DNA from: Paraspadella gotoi
Taxonomy: Eukaryota > Animalia > Chaetognatha
NCBI GenBank assembly: GCA_051294375.1
Contig: CM119266.1
Location: 4,710,573 to 4,774,572 of the forward strand
Direction of reading: 5' to 3'
DNA: 64,000 bases
In this document: in pieces, positions 39,303 through 50,802 of the stretch
Numbering within the stretch: position 1 is the stretch's first letter
Layout of the letters: each line of letters starts with the position of its first letter
Program-made: the position numbers and the translations under genes
Notes under the pieces: generated by a model
What the model was told of the DNA's origin: nothing
The model's input: only the letters and a program-made list of their open reading frames with translations
Database searches by the model: none

Positions 39303-42203
39303 ACAACAAAGAATTGAGTTAAAAGAGAAAACTTGTTGATTGTCAAAACGCTGATGAAGACTAACTGCAAAGTCAAAACATGTCCGACTAAATTGTCCAA
39401 ATATAATTCGTTGATAAACAATTCAAAAATTGCTTTTCTCTAAAAGGATTAATGCTTAAGGATTAGTGTTTAAGGATTAATACTTAACAGAGGAGGATTT
39501 AGCTTGCCGTCCCATTCTCCCCTTCCTCTTCTTCCCTCCTCCTCCTGCCCCTCGGTATATTTTGTCTCGTTTCTGCTCTTCGCTATATATATTATTTTTT
39601 CCCTCTATTTCCTTACGCCTTCAATACCCTAAAGCTTAACGATCAACTTTACATTACCCGAACTGCTATTACGAAGAGTCTTCGTCGAAGGGTCGTTCTT
39701 AGGCTGCGCTTGCACGATTGCCACGAACTTGCATTTTCTCAACAATTCCAGATGAGTCCAGAACATGTCGCCCTGAGGAAAGGAAATGAGACGAATGAAG
39801 TTCTGACCAGAATCCGCGATCGATCGGGAAAGGGCGGAGAGTCCAGACCTTGTCCTCGGGCACGAGGGCGGCGAACATCTCGTGGGTCATGTCGACGAGG
39901 TCGGGACCAGTGATGTGGATCCACTCGTTGGCGTCGACGCCGCGAAAGGCGGAACTCGACGATGGCCCAGCGGATCCAGTGACGCACGTGGGCGCAGGTC
40001 CAATGCCGAGGGTCTGGAGGGGGGGGGCAGGGGGAGAGTGGGGGGGAGGAAAAGGAGTGGGAGAAGGAGTGGGAAGAAGAGGGTAGAAGTGAGGGAAAAC
40101 AAAAAAGAGCAGGAAAGGAGAAGACGGGGGAGAGGAGGAGTTAAAGAAGAGGGAGAGGAAAGGGAAAAAGAAATGGGAGTAGAGATGAGAGGAATGGGGG
40201 AGTGGGAGAGGGAGGGGAGTTGCAGGGGGAGTGGGGGAAGGTGAGGGGGAGAGGGAGCGGGGGAATGGGAGACAAAACGAGGAAGAAGAAAAGAAGAGAG
40301 AAGGGAAAGAATAAGATAGAGAACCCATGGGATGAGAGACTAAGTCATCTTCAATCCACATCCTTACCTAAAGGGATTCCCAGACGCTCTTGTTCTTTCC
40401 TAAAGGTTTGATCGACGACCCATCTCGTGACCTCCTTCTCTTCCTCTGCTTCTTCTTTACCTCGAGATTCACCGATGGCCGTCGGGACGGACGACTCTGG
40501 ATACGCCGCTCTGAGAGAAGATCTGTTTCTTGAGCAACGGAGTGGGCCAGGCCCAGCACACCTGGTCACCTCCCCCCTCTTCCTCCCCTTCCCAATCCCC
40601 TCCCTCCATCCACCTCTCTCCCTCTATCTTTCCCCACCCTAATTAAACAAAAGTTTGAGAGTGAGGTAGTCCGTCGTTGGACGAATGCCTTTCAAGTCAA
40701 GTCAAGTGAAGACAAAACTCTTTATCTATAGCATTCTGTTCTCTCTCTCTCTCTCGTCGCGTTTATTATTGACCATCTACTACCCTTTGCCAATGTGATT
40801 GACCTTAGACCTAGCGTTCATCCGTTCTTCCCCTATATGCCTTGAGGAATAAAATCATTCTTGATCTGATCTTCGTCCGTTTCAATTTCCAAAGATCACA
40901 AGTTTTAAAAGAGAAAAGAGTAAAAAAGAAGATGAAATCACCCGTCGTCATCGTCTGGCTCTGCGACTTCTTCGGCGGGTTTGAGAATGTCCACGATGTT
41001 GATTCGCGGCGGAGTGACGGGGTCAGGAAAACTGGCGAGTTCGCAGTTGATTTGAACCATTCCTTCTCCCTGGACGGATCATTTGGTTATCGCAACTTAA
41101 TATAAGGCATCGTAATATTCAAATACAGAGACCAAAGCCCCGAAACGCACCTGGACGCATTGTTCCACGAGATTGCGCGAAGGATCGAGCAGCTGCTGAT
41201 TCTGCAGCCAAAACTCGTGGTTGATGAGACTGATGCAGAGGCGCTGAGAAAGAGAAAACGATCAAAAATAATTAATAATTAATAATAACTTTGAAAGAAT
41301 GGAACTAACTTGCTCCAAGAGAGAGCGCAGTGTCGACAGTGGCTCCTCGATGTCCATGTGTTCCACCACGATATCTTCCGAGACCGTGTCGTCTTGGATG
41401 GTGAAAGTACCACCGCCTGAAAAAAGATTAAATATCAGCAACGATTCCGTTTGAAGGTGGAAACGATTCTTTCCTTTCTCACCAACGGGACCCTGAATCA
41501 TTCCCAGAGCGACGGCCTCCTCCGCCGTCAATTCGATCGTCGGCGGTTCAGCGGCGAAGGCGGTCGAGGGGAGAAGTCCGTCGGAGACGCTGAAGCGGAA
41601 GAGGGAGGAAGGAAGGTGAAGGTGAAGGTCTAGACATTCTCAACTTACTTGGCTCTCCCCCAAGATTAAATCTTTTCCCTGACATATAAGCATTCTCAAC
41701 TAACCTGGCTTAATGTCATTGCCCTAACCTTTCTTTTTTCTAACTTATTATCTTTAAAACTTTTTTTTTAAGCTTCTTATTTGTAGTATTTTTGTAGTAT
41801 TTTAAACATTGCACTTTAACTATACCTTATTTAAAAATCTGTATTGACCGCTTTAATCGAGCCTGAAGCCGTATCTATCTATCTATCTATCTCGTCTTTA
41901 ACATTTTCAATACATGTATGTATTTGTATATCATTTGACTGTTTGACCAATGGCCATTCATTCTTAACTCATCCAATTCTCCTTCACAACTCAAGTCCCG
42001 ACATTCTCCAGATTCTGAATTTACCCTGTCCTCCCCCAAGACTTGGCCAACCGCCTCATCTTCTCGGCGGGCTGTTCGACCGCCTCTTCGAAGGCGGCGT
42101 CTCTGACGAGACGACGATCGGCGACGACTTCCGAGTCGAGACGCCGCGAGGCGACGCGCGTGACGAAGTTGGCGAAGTCGACGCCGGCGGAGGCGCGCTT
42201 CAT
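37694..42203 (-). CDS. GABPA: GA-binding protein alpha-like ETS factor (OST + PNT + ETS domains), with an apparent 1-nt frameshift at ~39945-39947
   Basis: [16 protein letters not shown]|RLCISL (OST); [12 protein letters not shown]|DPRHW...[10 protein letters not shown] (PNT); [52 protein letters not shown]|[16 protein letters not shown] (ETS). Confidence 0.92.
39133..39444. repeat. Long inverted repeat (arms 39133-39261 and 39318-39444) around a (GA)n spacer, probably derived from a Penelope-like element
   Basis: Arms are reverse complements with only a few substitutions and a 2-nt indel; flanked on both sides by AAGGATTAATGCTT-type 14-bp minisatellite units. Confidence 0.9.
39189..39232 (-). 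ncRNA. Minimal type I hammerhead ribozyme motif (intact core), sense to GABPA
   Basis: Minus strand reads CG-CUGAUGA-A-GACUCU-aacugc-AGAGUC-GAAA-CAU-GUC-CG; the opposite-arm copy (39349-39387) has GAAA changed to AAAA. Confidence 0.7.
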
Positions 42204-42591
42204 AGCGGACGGTGGGAGGGGGGGAGGGATAATTTATGGAAGGCGAGGAAACCTTTCAGGTTCAACGGCAGAGTTACTTCGACGTCTTCATGTAAAACGT
42301 CATTTTGATCCGAAGATAAATGGCCTTTTGTTTATTCTCCCTCAAGTGTAGTCATTTTACAAAAATAGCGAGCGAAGTCATCTACGAAAAAAAAAAATAC
42401 GTACGAATATATAAGCGAAATTAAGTCGGTTAATATTTAAATGTACTAAAAATGATGAGCGAAAGTGTAAAAAAAAATTATGGGTCGTCTTCCTTCGGGC
42501 GACCGGATTTAATTTTGAGATCGAAAACAATCGCTCGAATCTCCTAATGAATATAATTCGTATCGCAACGACGAAAATTCGTTTTTAAAAG

Positions 42592-44656
42592 TCAACGTTG
42601 TAAATTTTTATAAACGTCAGCCATAGAAACCCAGAGCTTTTCGCCTCCGGGGAAAATGTAAAGATCGAAGATGTTGACGACGTGGTCGATGAGGTAGGCG
42701 AGGCCCTCGATCGCATAGTCCCTAAAAGAAGCGATCAGAATTAGTTTCACGAATTTGAATATTTCTTTAGTGAAAGAAAGTCTCACTTGACGGTGAGCAG
42801 AAACGGCGAGAGAGTTTCGTGCCAAAAGTAAGTGAATTCAACAGCGGCGATCTTGCCGTAATAGCAGAAAACGTCCCAAGCCACCATCGCCTTTGGCATC
42901 GCGTAAACCGAAAGGAAATGAGACGCTTTGGCACAAAAATTGAGGAAAAGGGTTCGGAGTTTATCGAAGGCCGTGGAGATTAGCGGCGCCACGTGGATTG
43001 CGTACAGCGCCATCATCTGGTGAGGGAACAGCGTAGAAACTCGATAAAACCTCTTCTTGACCCAACATTATCTTCCCCTCAACCTCACCTTCTCCAGCAA
43101 AGGCTTCAAGTTGTCCCTGTACCAAGCCTCTCCCTTAATCGCCGCCAGCGTCAAGGCCGTTCCCGTCCGATTCCACGCTTCGTCGCAAAAGACGCCGAAG
43201 TCAAAGTCGGCGCCCAAGTTTCCGCGGCGCCGCAGCGTTTCGCCGACGGAGACGCAGACGGTGGAGGATTGACGCGGTCCTTGACACCAGGCAACGAGGG
43301 CCACGCCCACCGCGAGGCAGACGAGGGCGAGGATGAAGGCGAGGGTCACGACGCGTTGGAGGAAATGAAAGATCGAGGAGAAGGAAGAGGGCTTCGGGGT
43401 CGCGGACGAGCGAGGGGCGTTGCGGCGACGAAGCTCAGCCTCTGCCTCGGAATCTGGCGGATAATTAGGGATTATTAATAAATAATCAAGGCTTACAAAA
43501 GTTTTAATAAAACTGACCTGTGTCCCCGTGCATCCTGTCCCCGCCAGGTCCGAGGTTCTCGACCTCCCTCTGTTCCTTGTCTCTTCGCTCCTCGTACTCC
43601 CGACGGCGTCTTTCTTTATCTTGCTTTTTAACCGCTTTTTCCTCTTCGCGCCGCTGCTTTTCTTTTTCTTCCTGCGAAATTAAAGATCAAAAAAGGTAAG
43701 TTTAATTTCCTGGAAGCGGATAAGTTTGTCCGGTATAATTGGCGGTTTAAAACCTTTTTTCTTTGTTTCTTCTCGTCCAAGTTATCTTTTTTTTTCTTTT
43801 TCTTTTCGAGCGCTTTGTCGTGGGCTTCGGCAAGCGCTCTCATGTACGCGTAAACCTAAAAAAATAAATAAAATGCTGTGAGAAGGTCACGGTTGAAAAC
43901 TTGGCAGGTCATGTATTAACCCAGCATACCCTGTACCAAGGAAGAAGCAAGCTTACGTATTTATTGAATAAATGGATAGTTTTTATATTGACATAGCCTA
44001 TGTCATAGGACGGAGAAAACGTTAGCAGTTTTTCTCTACCTGCTTGGCGCAGTTCGTACACTGTTTCTTGTCAAGACAGTCGCCAGCGACGACGGACAAG
44101 GAAGGCTCCAAAGGATTGTCTTTTAAATCTAACCAACGCAGATTTTCTAGATTTGCAAAACCTAGCGGCAGGGATTCGATTTGATTTCCACTCAAGTCCA
44201 AATGCCTCAAAGCTGAAGGAGCAATTGGTTAATCGGTTACGGTTACCCTAGAATTTTATAGTTAAGATAATCCGATCGGAGAACGTACACGTCATTTGGC
44301 CAATTTCCTGAGGCAAATCCTTGAGTTGATTCTTCGACAAATCGAGGTGCGTGATTTGAGCCAAGGAAAAGAAATTGGCGGGAAGAGTGTGTATTCTGTT
44401 GCAAGATAAATCCAACTCGGTGGCTGAGAGGATAAGAAGGGGATGCTATCAATAAAACCGGGCCCAGTTTATAATTAATTTAGAATTAAAAGGGCGTTAA
44501 ACCTCTGGGCAAAGCTTGAATCTGCTTAATGTACGAGGGTGGAATGCTGTCAAGTTGCATGAGGCTCAAATCAAGTTTGTTCTCCTCTAAATGAGCTTTC
44601 AACTCGTTCTCCTTTTTTCCCGCGTAATTAGAAAGCGACGGCATTTTTGCCTTCAT
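42592..44656 (-). CDS. LRRC59: Leucine-rich repeat protein 59 (LRR, coiled coil, TM)
   Basis: [17 protein letters not shown]; LDLSCNRI; [29 protein letters not shown]; K/E-rich coil; [24 protein letters not shown]. Confidence 0.88.
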
Positions 44657-44851
44657 TAATAATTAGGCCTAGAAAAAAAAATAATGTGCGAATAAAAAAA
44701 AATGTAGTAAGCTAATTGAAAAAAAAATGGCAAAGATTATCGGGCGCGAATGGGAAGAAGTGACGAGAAAAGACTCAAATCTCAAGCTAGTATACGAGTA
44801 TAAATTATTAATGGCCATGAAATTAAATATAAAGATATAAAGATCGAAGCT

Positions 44852-46611
44852 TCAATCGTTGGACTCGGTCAGATCTGATCCCAGCGATTCGCTCGTCTCG
44901 AACGACGAAAGGAGACACTTGCGCGAACTCTTTCCCTCTTCCTCCTTTTCCGCCGCCGCGTCCTCTTCCGGTGAAGCCTCGCACCACTTTAAGTCTTTTT
45001 CGGTGGGCGTGTAGAATAGCATCTGGACCGAGACGAGGAGCGGAAAAGGGGCGTGGCGATCTACGGACAAAATCACGCGCTCTTCGTCAGGCGCTAAAGA
45101 GAGTTTCGTCAAAGGCGAGGCTTTCTCGTAAAAGGGATTTCCGAGTTTGTCGAAGGATGCGACGGCGACGGCGATGACGACGTCTCGTTTAGGCTGCAAG
45201 GAGACGAAGGTGAGACACTTGTGGCTTCCGGTGTTCCGTTTCACGGTAATTTGACGCTTTTGGTAAGAGACGAGAAGATCCACGCCGAAGTTGAATCCCG
45301 TCCATCGCCAAAAATGGTCCACGTCCTGAAGGAGAACGCGACCGCAGCGAACGCAGGTCTTGCGAAAGTCTTCGGCGAGGACGGACGACGGCCCCGTGTC
45401 CGACTCGGAGTCCAGTTTGAGCAGACGCTCCCAATGAGCGGGGATGATAGGCTGGAGCCAGGCACGAGGAATGATCCGCTCCTTTTCCAGGATGTGAAGT
45501 GAGTTGAGATCCGTGACGATGTGTTGGAAGCGAAGGCGGCGAAAGACTTTGGCGTAGCGGCGGCCCAGCTCAGATTCGAGCAACGTCGGGGCGTCCACAT
45601 TGTCAGAGTCTATGAGCGTCGCCAAATGAGACTCGGCGGCGCCGCCGATCGTTTTCGAGGCCGTTCCCGTGGAAATGGGCGTGGCCGTCGTCTCCGGGTC
45701 CACGGGATTGGCGAGGAGCCACTTGGGTTCCAGTTTGAGAAAGAGCCACTTCTTGAGAAGAGTGTAGACGTCCATCTCGACCTGCATGACGAAGAGGTCG
45801 GCGTTCGACACTAGCGCCGCCATCAGATCAACGGTGATCTCAACCAGGAGCGTCGCCGGCGAAGTCATCAAATTCTTGAGCAACCACATGAAGCAATGTT
45901 CTCCGAGCCACGGGAGACCGTAAGTCCAAGAAGCTTCGTAAAATTTCGTGGCCGTCAAGGGTCCAATGTTATCCTGGTCAGAATTAACCAAAGAAAGCTC
46001 GATGATTTGATAATCACTCATAACTTAAGAATTATATTTCTTTCATTAAAATATTATCATCATCACGTGGCTTTTACCTTCATGACTTCCTCACAATGAT
46101 GAATGAGAGGATCCAATTGCAACAAAGACGCCGCCGCCAAGACGTTGATGGCGTCGATGGGAGCGATGGTGACTTCGTCGCGATAGAGCGACCCCAGCGC
46201 CACGTCGAGAGCCTCGCGCGTCACGTTGGCGTCGGGGACGCTGATGTGAATTCGACGCCGATGCGTCTCCACCCAATTTCCGCTGAACATGGAATCGAAA
46301 TAGGGGGATTGACAGAGGTAGACTTTGTGAAGGCTCCAGGTGGCGCCCATGGAGGAAATGGTGACGTCGGAGTCTTGTCCTTTCTCGAAGAGAGTCTCGT
46401 AAATGTACTTGGAGGTGTTCTTCAACTTCTTCCTCGTCGGAGCCATCATCTTCGAGGCTTCGGCGTCGGGAGAGAGGCGCTTTCGCTTCTTGGACGAGTG
46501 ACCCGCCGAGGACGAGGATGAAGAGTGTCTGCTGCCGGAAGGGGAAGGTCCGTGGTTCCTGGCTGGGGCGGGCGGAGCTGGGGCCGAAAATCGGCCCATT
46601 AAATTGCCCAT
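44852..46611 (-). CDS. GMCL1: Germ cell-less-like BTB/BACK protein, 2 coding exons (46611-46078, 45973-44852)
   Basis: MG N-terminus; NLS KKRKR; RKKLKNTSKYIYETLF; WSLHKVYLCQSPYFDSMFSGNW; LFVMQVEMDVYTLLKKW; RCGR..WRWTGFNFGVDLL. Confidence 0.93.
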
Positions 46612-47148
46612 CGAGATGGTTTCAACTGCGCGAAATGTAGAGCACGAGAGTAATAATGCAAGAGGGTCATCACTTACCGGGTCGGTTGTAAAAACAATTG
46701 GCTAAATGCATACAAACTATTCAGATGACTACAAAGGGAACGGAAGAATTATAAGAAAATATTTTACTATGAAAATGTGGCGAATTTAATACGGGAAATA
46801 TTTCAGTGCGTAAAGTGGTCTTGACAAAAAACCCGTTGTGTGGCGGTGACGCGGAAGCGAAGGAAGTGTTTGGGGTCGAGAATCCAACGCTTGGCGTCAC
46901 TGTCGTCACTCCGGTCTCTCTGTCTCTATCTCGCTCTGGCCAGGCTGGCAGGAGGATTTGGAGGAAGAGGAAAAGCCAGCCGCGCTCCCTTCATCGATCC
47001 AGGATAAAAGGGCTAAACAAAATCCTCGAGGGTTCTTACTGCCATCGAGGCTCAGATTCTGATCATTCTCACAATCACATGATTAATCAAATTCATTTTT
47101 CCTCCAACAAATAATTCCATGCATTAAAAACATTTCCTAACGTTCAAG

Positions 47149-48091
47149 ATGCAAGCTCCGGTCACCACTCTCAAAGTTATAATATTCGTGCATTTTACTT
47201 TGACCGCGTTTGGGACGCTGTCTCGCTTTTTTCCAAACAGCTACGCTTTTGTTCAAGTAAGATACATTGAGAAGACTTTTTAATTGGTACTGATTATGCC
47301 GGTACTGCCGGTACTGATTTATTGGATCCCTTTTGGCCACCTTTAAGTTCAATTAATTTTCTTACAGGTATTTTATCTCGCGCTCGGATTTTGGGGGTTA
47401 TTGCAAACAGAAAACCCTCTGCCGATAGAAATGATGCTAACAACCAACATAATTAGCATTATATTGGACATTATCATACTGTCTGTGTTTTTTCCAACAA
47501 CTGGTTAGTAATGTTACTTTATTTTTCCTATATTTTATCACGTTATCGCCTACTTCCTTCGTTGCTATTATGTTTGATTGTCGATATTATAATTTTTAAA
47601 GTAAATATTATTTATGTTCTGGAATCTGGATTAATGAGGATGTTATATCAATTAAACTTTGCTGTCTTGATAAAAATCATATCTGCATATAATTTAAAAG
47701 GAGTCTCTGACTCTGAAAAGAGAATAAAAATATTCCAAAATGTAAACAGTTCTATTTTTTCTTACAGAATATATCCCAGGTGGAAAAGAAACCGATGTTT
47801 TCTTGCACCCTGGAATTGAAAAATTTGCAGGGGGAATGATCATTCTAAACCTTCTTCTGAAACCCTTTGCAGCTTTTCTCATTTACAAAATTTTGCAAGA
47901 AAGAGGTAACATATTAAAATTATAATTTTGTAAGACAAAATATTAAATATTAAGTATTTTTAGGTGGAGAATACGGCAATATAAATATTCGAGAAGGTTT
48001 CCAATCAGTGGCAACCGGACTCCCTGGTCGTCCTGCAGCACCTGGAGGAGTCTACCAAAATATTGACCCAGTTCATCCTGAACAAACCTAA
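47149..48091 (+). CDS. AGTRAP: Type-1 angiotensin II receptor-associated protein-like (exons 47149-47256, 47368-47503, 47768-47905, 47964-48091)
   Basis: Spliced MQAPVTTLKVIIFVHFTLTAFG...SYAFVQ|VFYLALGFWGL...IILDIIILSVFFP...KFAGGMIILNLLLKPFAAFLIYKILQERG|GEY...YQNID; all junctions GT-AG and in phase. Confidence 0.85.
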
Positions 48092-48669
48092 CTTGTATTG
48101 TCCTGAATGTAATTGCTTTAGTTTGGCTTTTTTGTCATTTCTGAAAAAAAAATTTATAGTTTTTCTATAAAAAAAGTTGTTTTGTTTGAGTACACGAAAT
48201 TCAGGCATAACTTACAAAATATTTTAGCTACAATTACGATATATGTAAGTAGATTTGCTAGTTATCATTAGAGCTATTAAGTTTCGCTTATAAAATTTAA
48301 ATTAATCAGAAAAGCAACTGTGCCTTAAATTTCTCTAAATCAAAACTAGTATATAAGTAATTAAGTATGAATCTTTCTTCTCCCCTGTAGGTTCTAATAC
48401 TTGGTTAAAATGCTATTCCTTTCTTAATTAATTTCGGTTCCTTCAATTTTAGTATAACTTTTAGCTACAACAACTAGTGCCTCTTTTATAAAACTCTAAT
48501 AAAATACTTTTATTAACTTTCCCGAGAGCAGATACGTATTTTTCCTTAACGCATCACAATAGCTACTTCCTGAATATGGTGGCATGTATTCAGAAATACA
48601 ATATCGTTCCTATACTTATTGTAATAATTTATTAAAAACCTCGTAATACGGTCATAACAGTAAAAGTAA

Positions 48670-50802
48670 TTAATCAAAGGAAGCATCAGTAAGTGACTTT
48701 TTGGGATAGTCGATTTCTTTTTTAATTAATTTTTCTTGTGATTGTGGTCCAGGTGGAAGTTCATTTCTGGCTATAAAGTCTTTTTCTGAGTTTTCTTGTC
48801 TATGAAAGGATTTTCCACAAACTAGACTTTTCAACGATTTAATTAATTCCGCCGGTTGTTGGGGTCCGCTGTCAATTTTCGATAAACATCCGAATGGTTG
48901 GTAAAGACGCATTTCAGTTTTACCATCGTGTTTCATCTTCTCTGACGCACAACTGGATTCCGAAGGGTTAGAAGTCCGAAGCGAATTTTGGATGGTAGTC
49001 CGATCACTCGAAGACTCGCTCACACTTAATTTTGAATGGGATTTAACAGACTTTAAAGCATCCGGAGGATCGTCTATGCAGCTGCTGTCGTTGCTCGCTG
49101 GTGCCTTAGCTAAACTCGATTTTCCACAGACTAGACTGTTGAGGGATTTTATGAAATCTGCCGGAGAGCTGGAGACGCTTTTAATCGACATCGTGGAATT
49201 TCTTTTTTCAAAACCGGAATTTCCTAACGGGTCATCATCGTTCAACGTCGCAGTTTTGCCTCGTTTGTGTTTGAACCAAAGATGTTTGGCCAAATACTGA
49301 TCTTTATGAGTGGAATACTGACAATCGTTAAACGGGCAGGAATAAATCTTATTTATCGGCGACTTGGAAACAGTTTTTCTCAATTCGCGACACGCTTGGA
49401 CGTGGACCGAAAAGAGCGTGGTATCTCTCGTTTCGTAGGCGTTACAATCAGTGCAGAAATGAGGAGTTTTGAGAAAAAGAGCTTTAGGAAAAGCGGAATC
49501 CGATCCGCTCCTGCGTAGCATCGATCCTTCGTCCTCTGGACGCAGCGATTCACGTCCATCCTCGTTCAATCGATATCGCGCCTTTTTGCGCGGCGGCGGC
49601 GCCGTCTTGATCTGCAGCGGCAGCAGCGGAATCGCGGCTCCCTCGTCGCCGAGATTCTCGTCGCTGCTCTCCGTGGAGACGCTGAAGAAATTGTTGACCT
49701 TTCCGTTGGCGGAGGCGAGAGACTTCTTGTGCATGGATCGAACGTGAGCCAAAACAACGGGTTTCTTTTTAGTAGAGAAACCGCAGATGGAGCAGCGGAA
49801 GTTGGAAGCGGCGGAGGCGGCGGCTGCTGCGGGCTTGGAAGCGACGCCCTCTGTCTGCAGATTCTCCGTCGATCCGTCCCCGGATTCGGAGAAGACTTCG
49901 GAGATCGTCCTCGGAAACGGGAGTCCGGAGAGACGGTGATAGATTTCCGCGATTTCTTCGTCGGATTTCCCGCGACACAAAATCCCGAATTCTTCTTTGA
50001 ATCTGAAGAGGCTTTTCTTGACGAGTTGAGACGGAAGTTGAATCCCGAGAATGGTGAGACCTTCTTCCCAGTCTTCCCTCGATTCCGTCCGGTTCGCGTA
50101 TTCCTCCAGGGAGAGGACGTCGCCGTAGGTGAGTTCCACGTCGGGCGGCGACGTCGTGGCGGAGGACGCTTCCGTCTCGTGGAGGAGGGTGGGTTCCACT
50201 TTGGGGATGATCGACGCGTCAGACACGCCTCCGTCCCTTCGTCCTTCCGTCCGTCGCGTCATCTTTTTCTTCACTTCCAAGTTGGACGGAATCTCTTCCC
50301 CAAAGGTTCTTTCCCCCGACGACCGACTCGAACTCGAAGAGGGTTTGGGTTCGACGAGGCCGACGGCGCCTCGCAGGTCGGCCACGAGATGCTCCAGACC
50401 CAACTCCAGCGCCGCCTTCCAAAAGGCCGCCTCTTCGCCGGTGGAGACTCGGATGTCGACGCCGTACATGAGGTCGATGAGACGACGAACGATGGAAGGA
50501 GGAGAGGAAACGCGGGTCACTGAATTTCAAGGGGAATTGACATCGAATTCAACTTAAAAAACTTAAAAGTTGATTTCTCCAATCATACCCGCATATTGCT
50601 CTAGCTTCTCTCCGGAATGGCAGAGGTTTTGGTAGAAACTGGAATTGGTTTGCAAAACGAGAAAGTGAATGGGAATATCGGCGTCGCCGGCCTCCAATTC
50701 GTCGCAACTGATTTTGTGGTCGCAAAAAAAGTTTTTCTCTCGAAGAAGGTTGAGGTTCTTCATCATGAGACCCAGACTCTCCAAGTTACGGGAGATGAGC
50801 AT
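48670..50802 (-). CDS. BTB/POZ + dispersed zinc-finger protein (ZBTB-like), 2 coding exons
   Basis: Divergent BTB (LNLLREKNFFCDHKI..IPIHFLVL..|..RLIDLMY..AALELGLEHL); fingers CSICGF..LAHVRSMH, CTDC..HVQAC, CPFNDC..LAKHLWFKH; start codon uncertain. Confidence 0.75.

Noticed and set aside
40662-40683. let-7-like start TGAGGTAGT
   Set aside because: Only 9 nt match and no complementary star arm
49729-50523. Long antisense ORFs (264 aa here; also 15506-16114 and 52059-52514)
   Set aside because: Shadow ORFs of GC-rich coding exons on the other strand, with no domain signal
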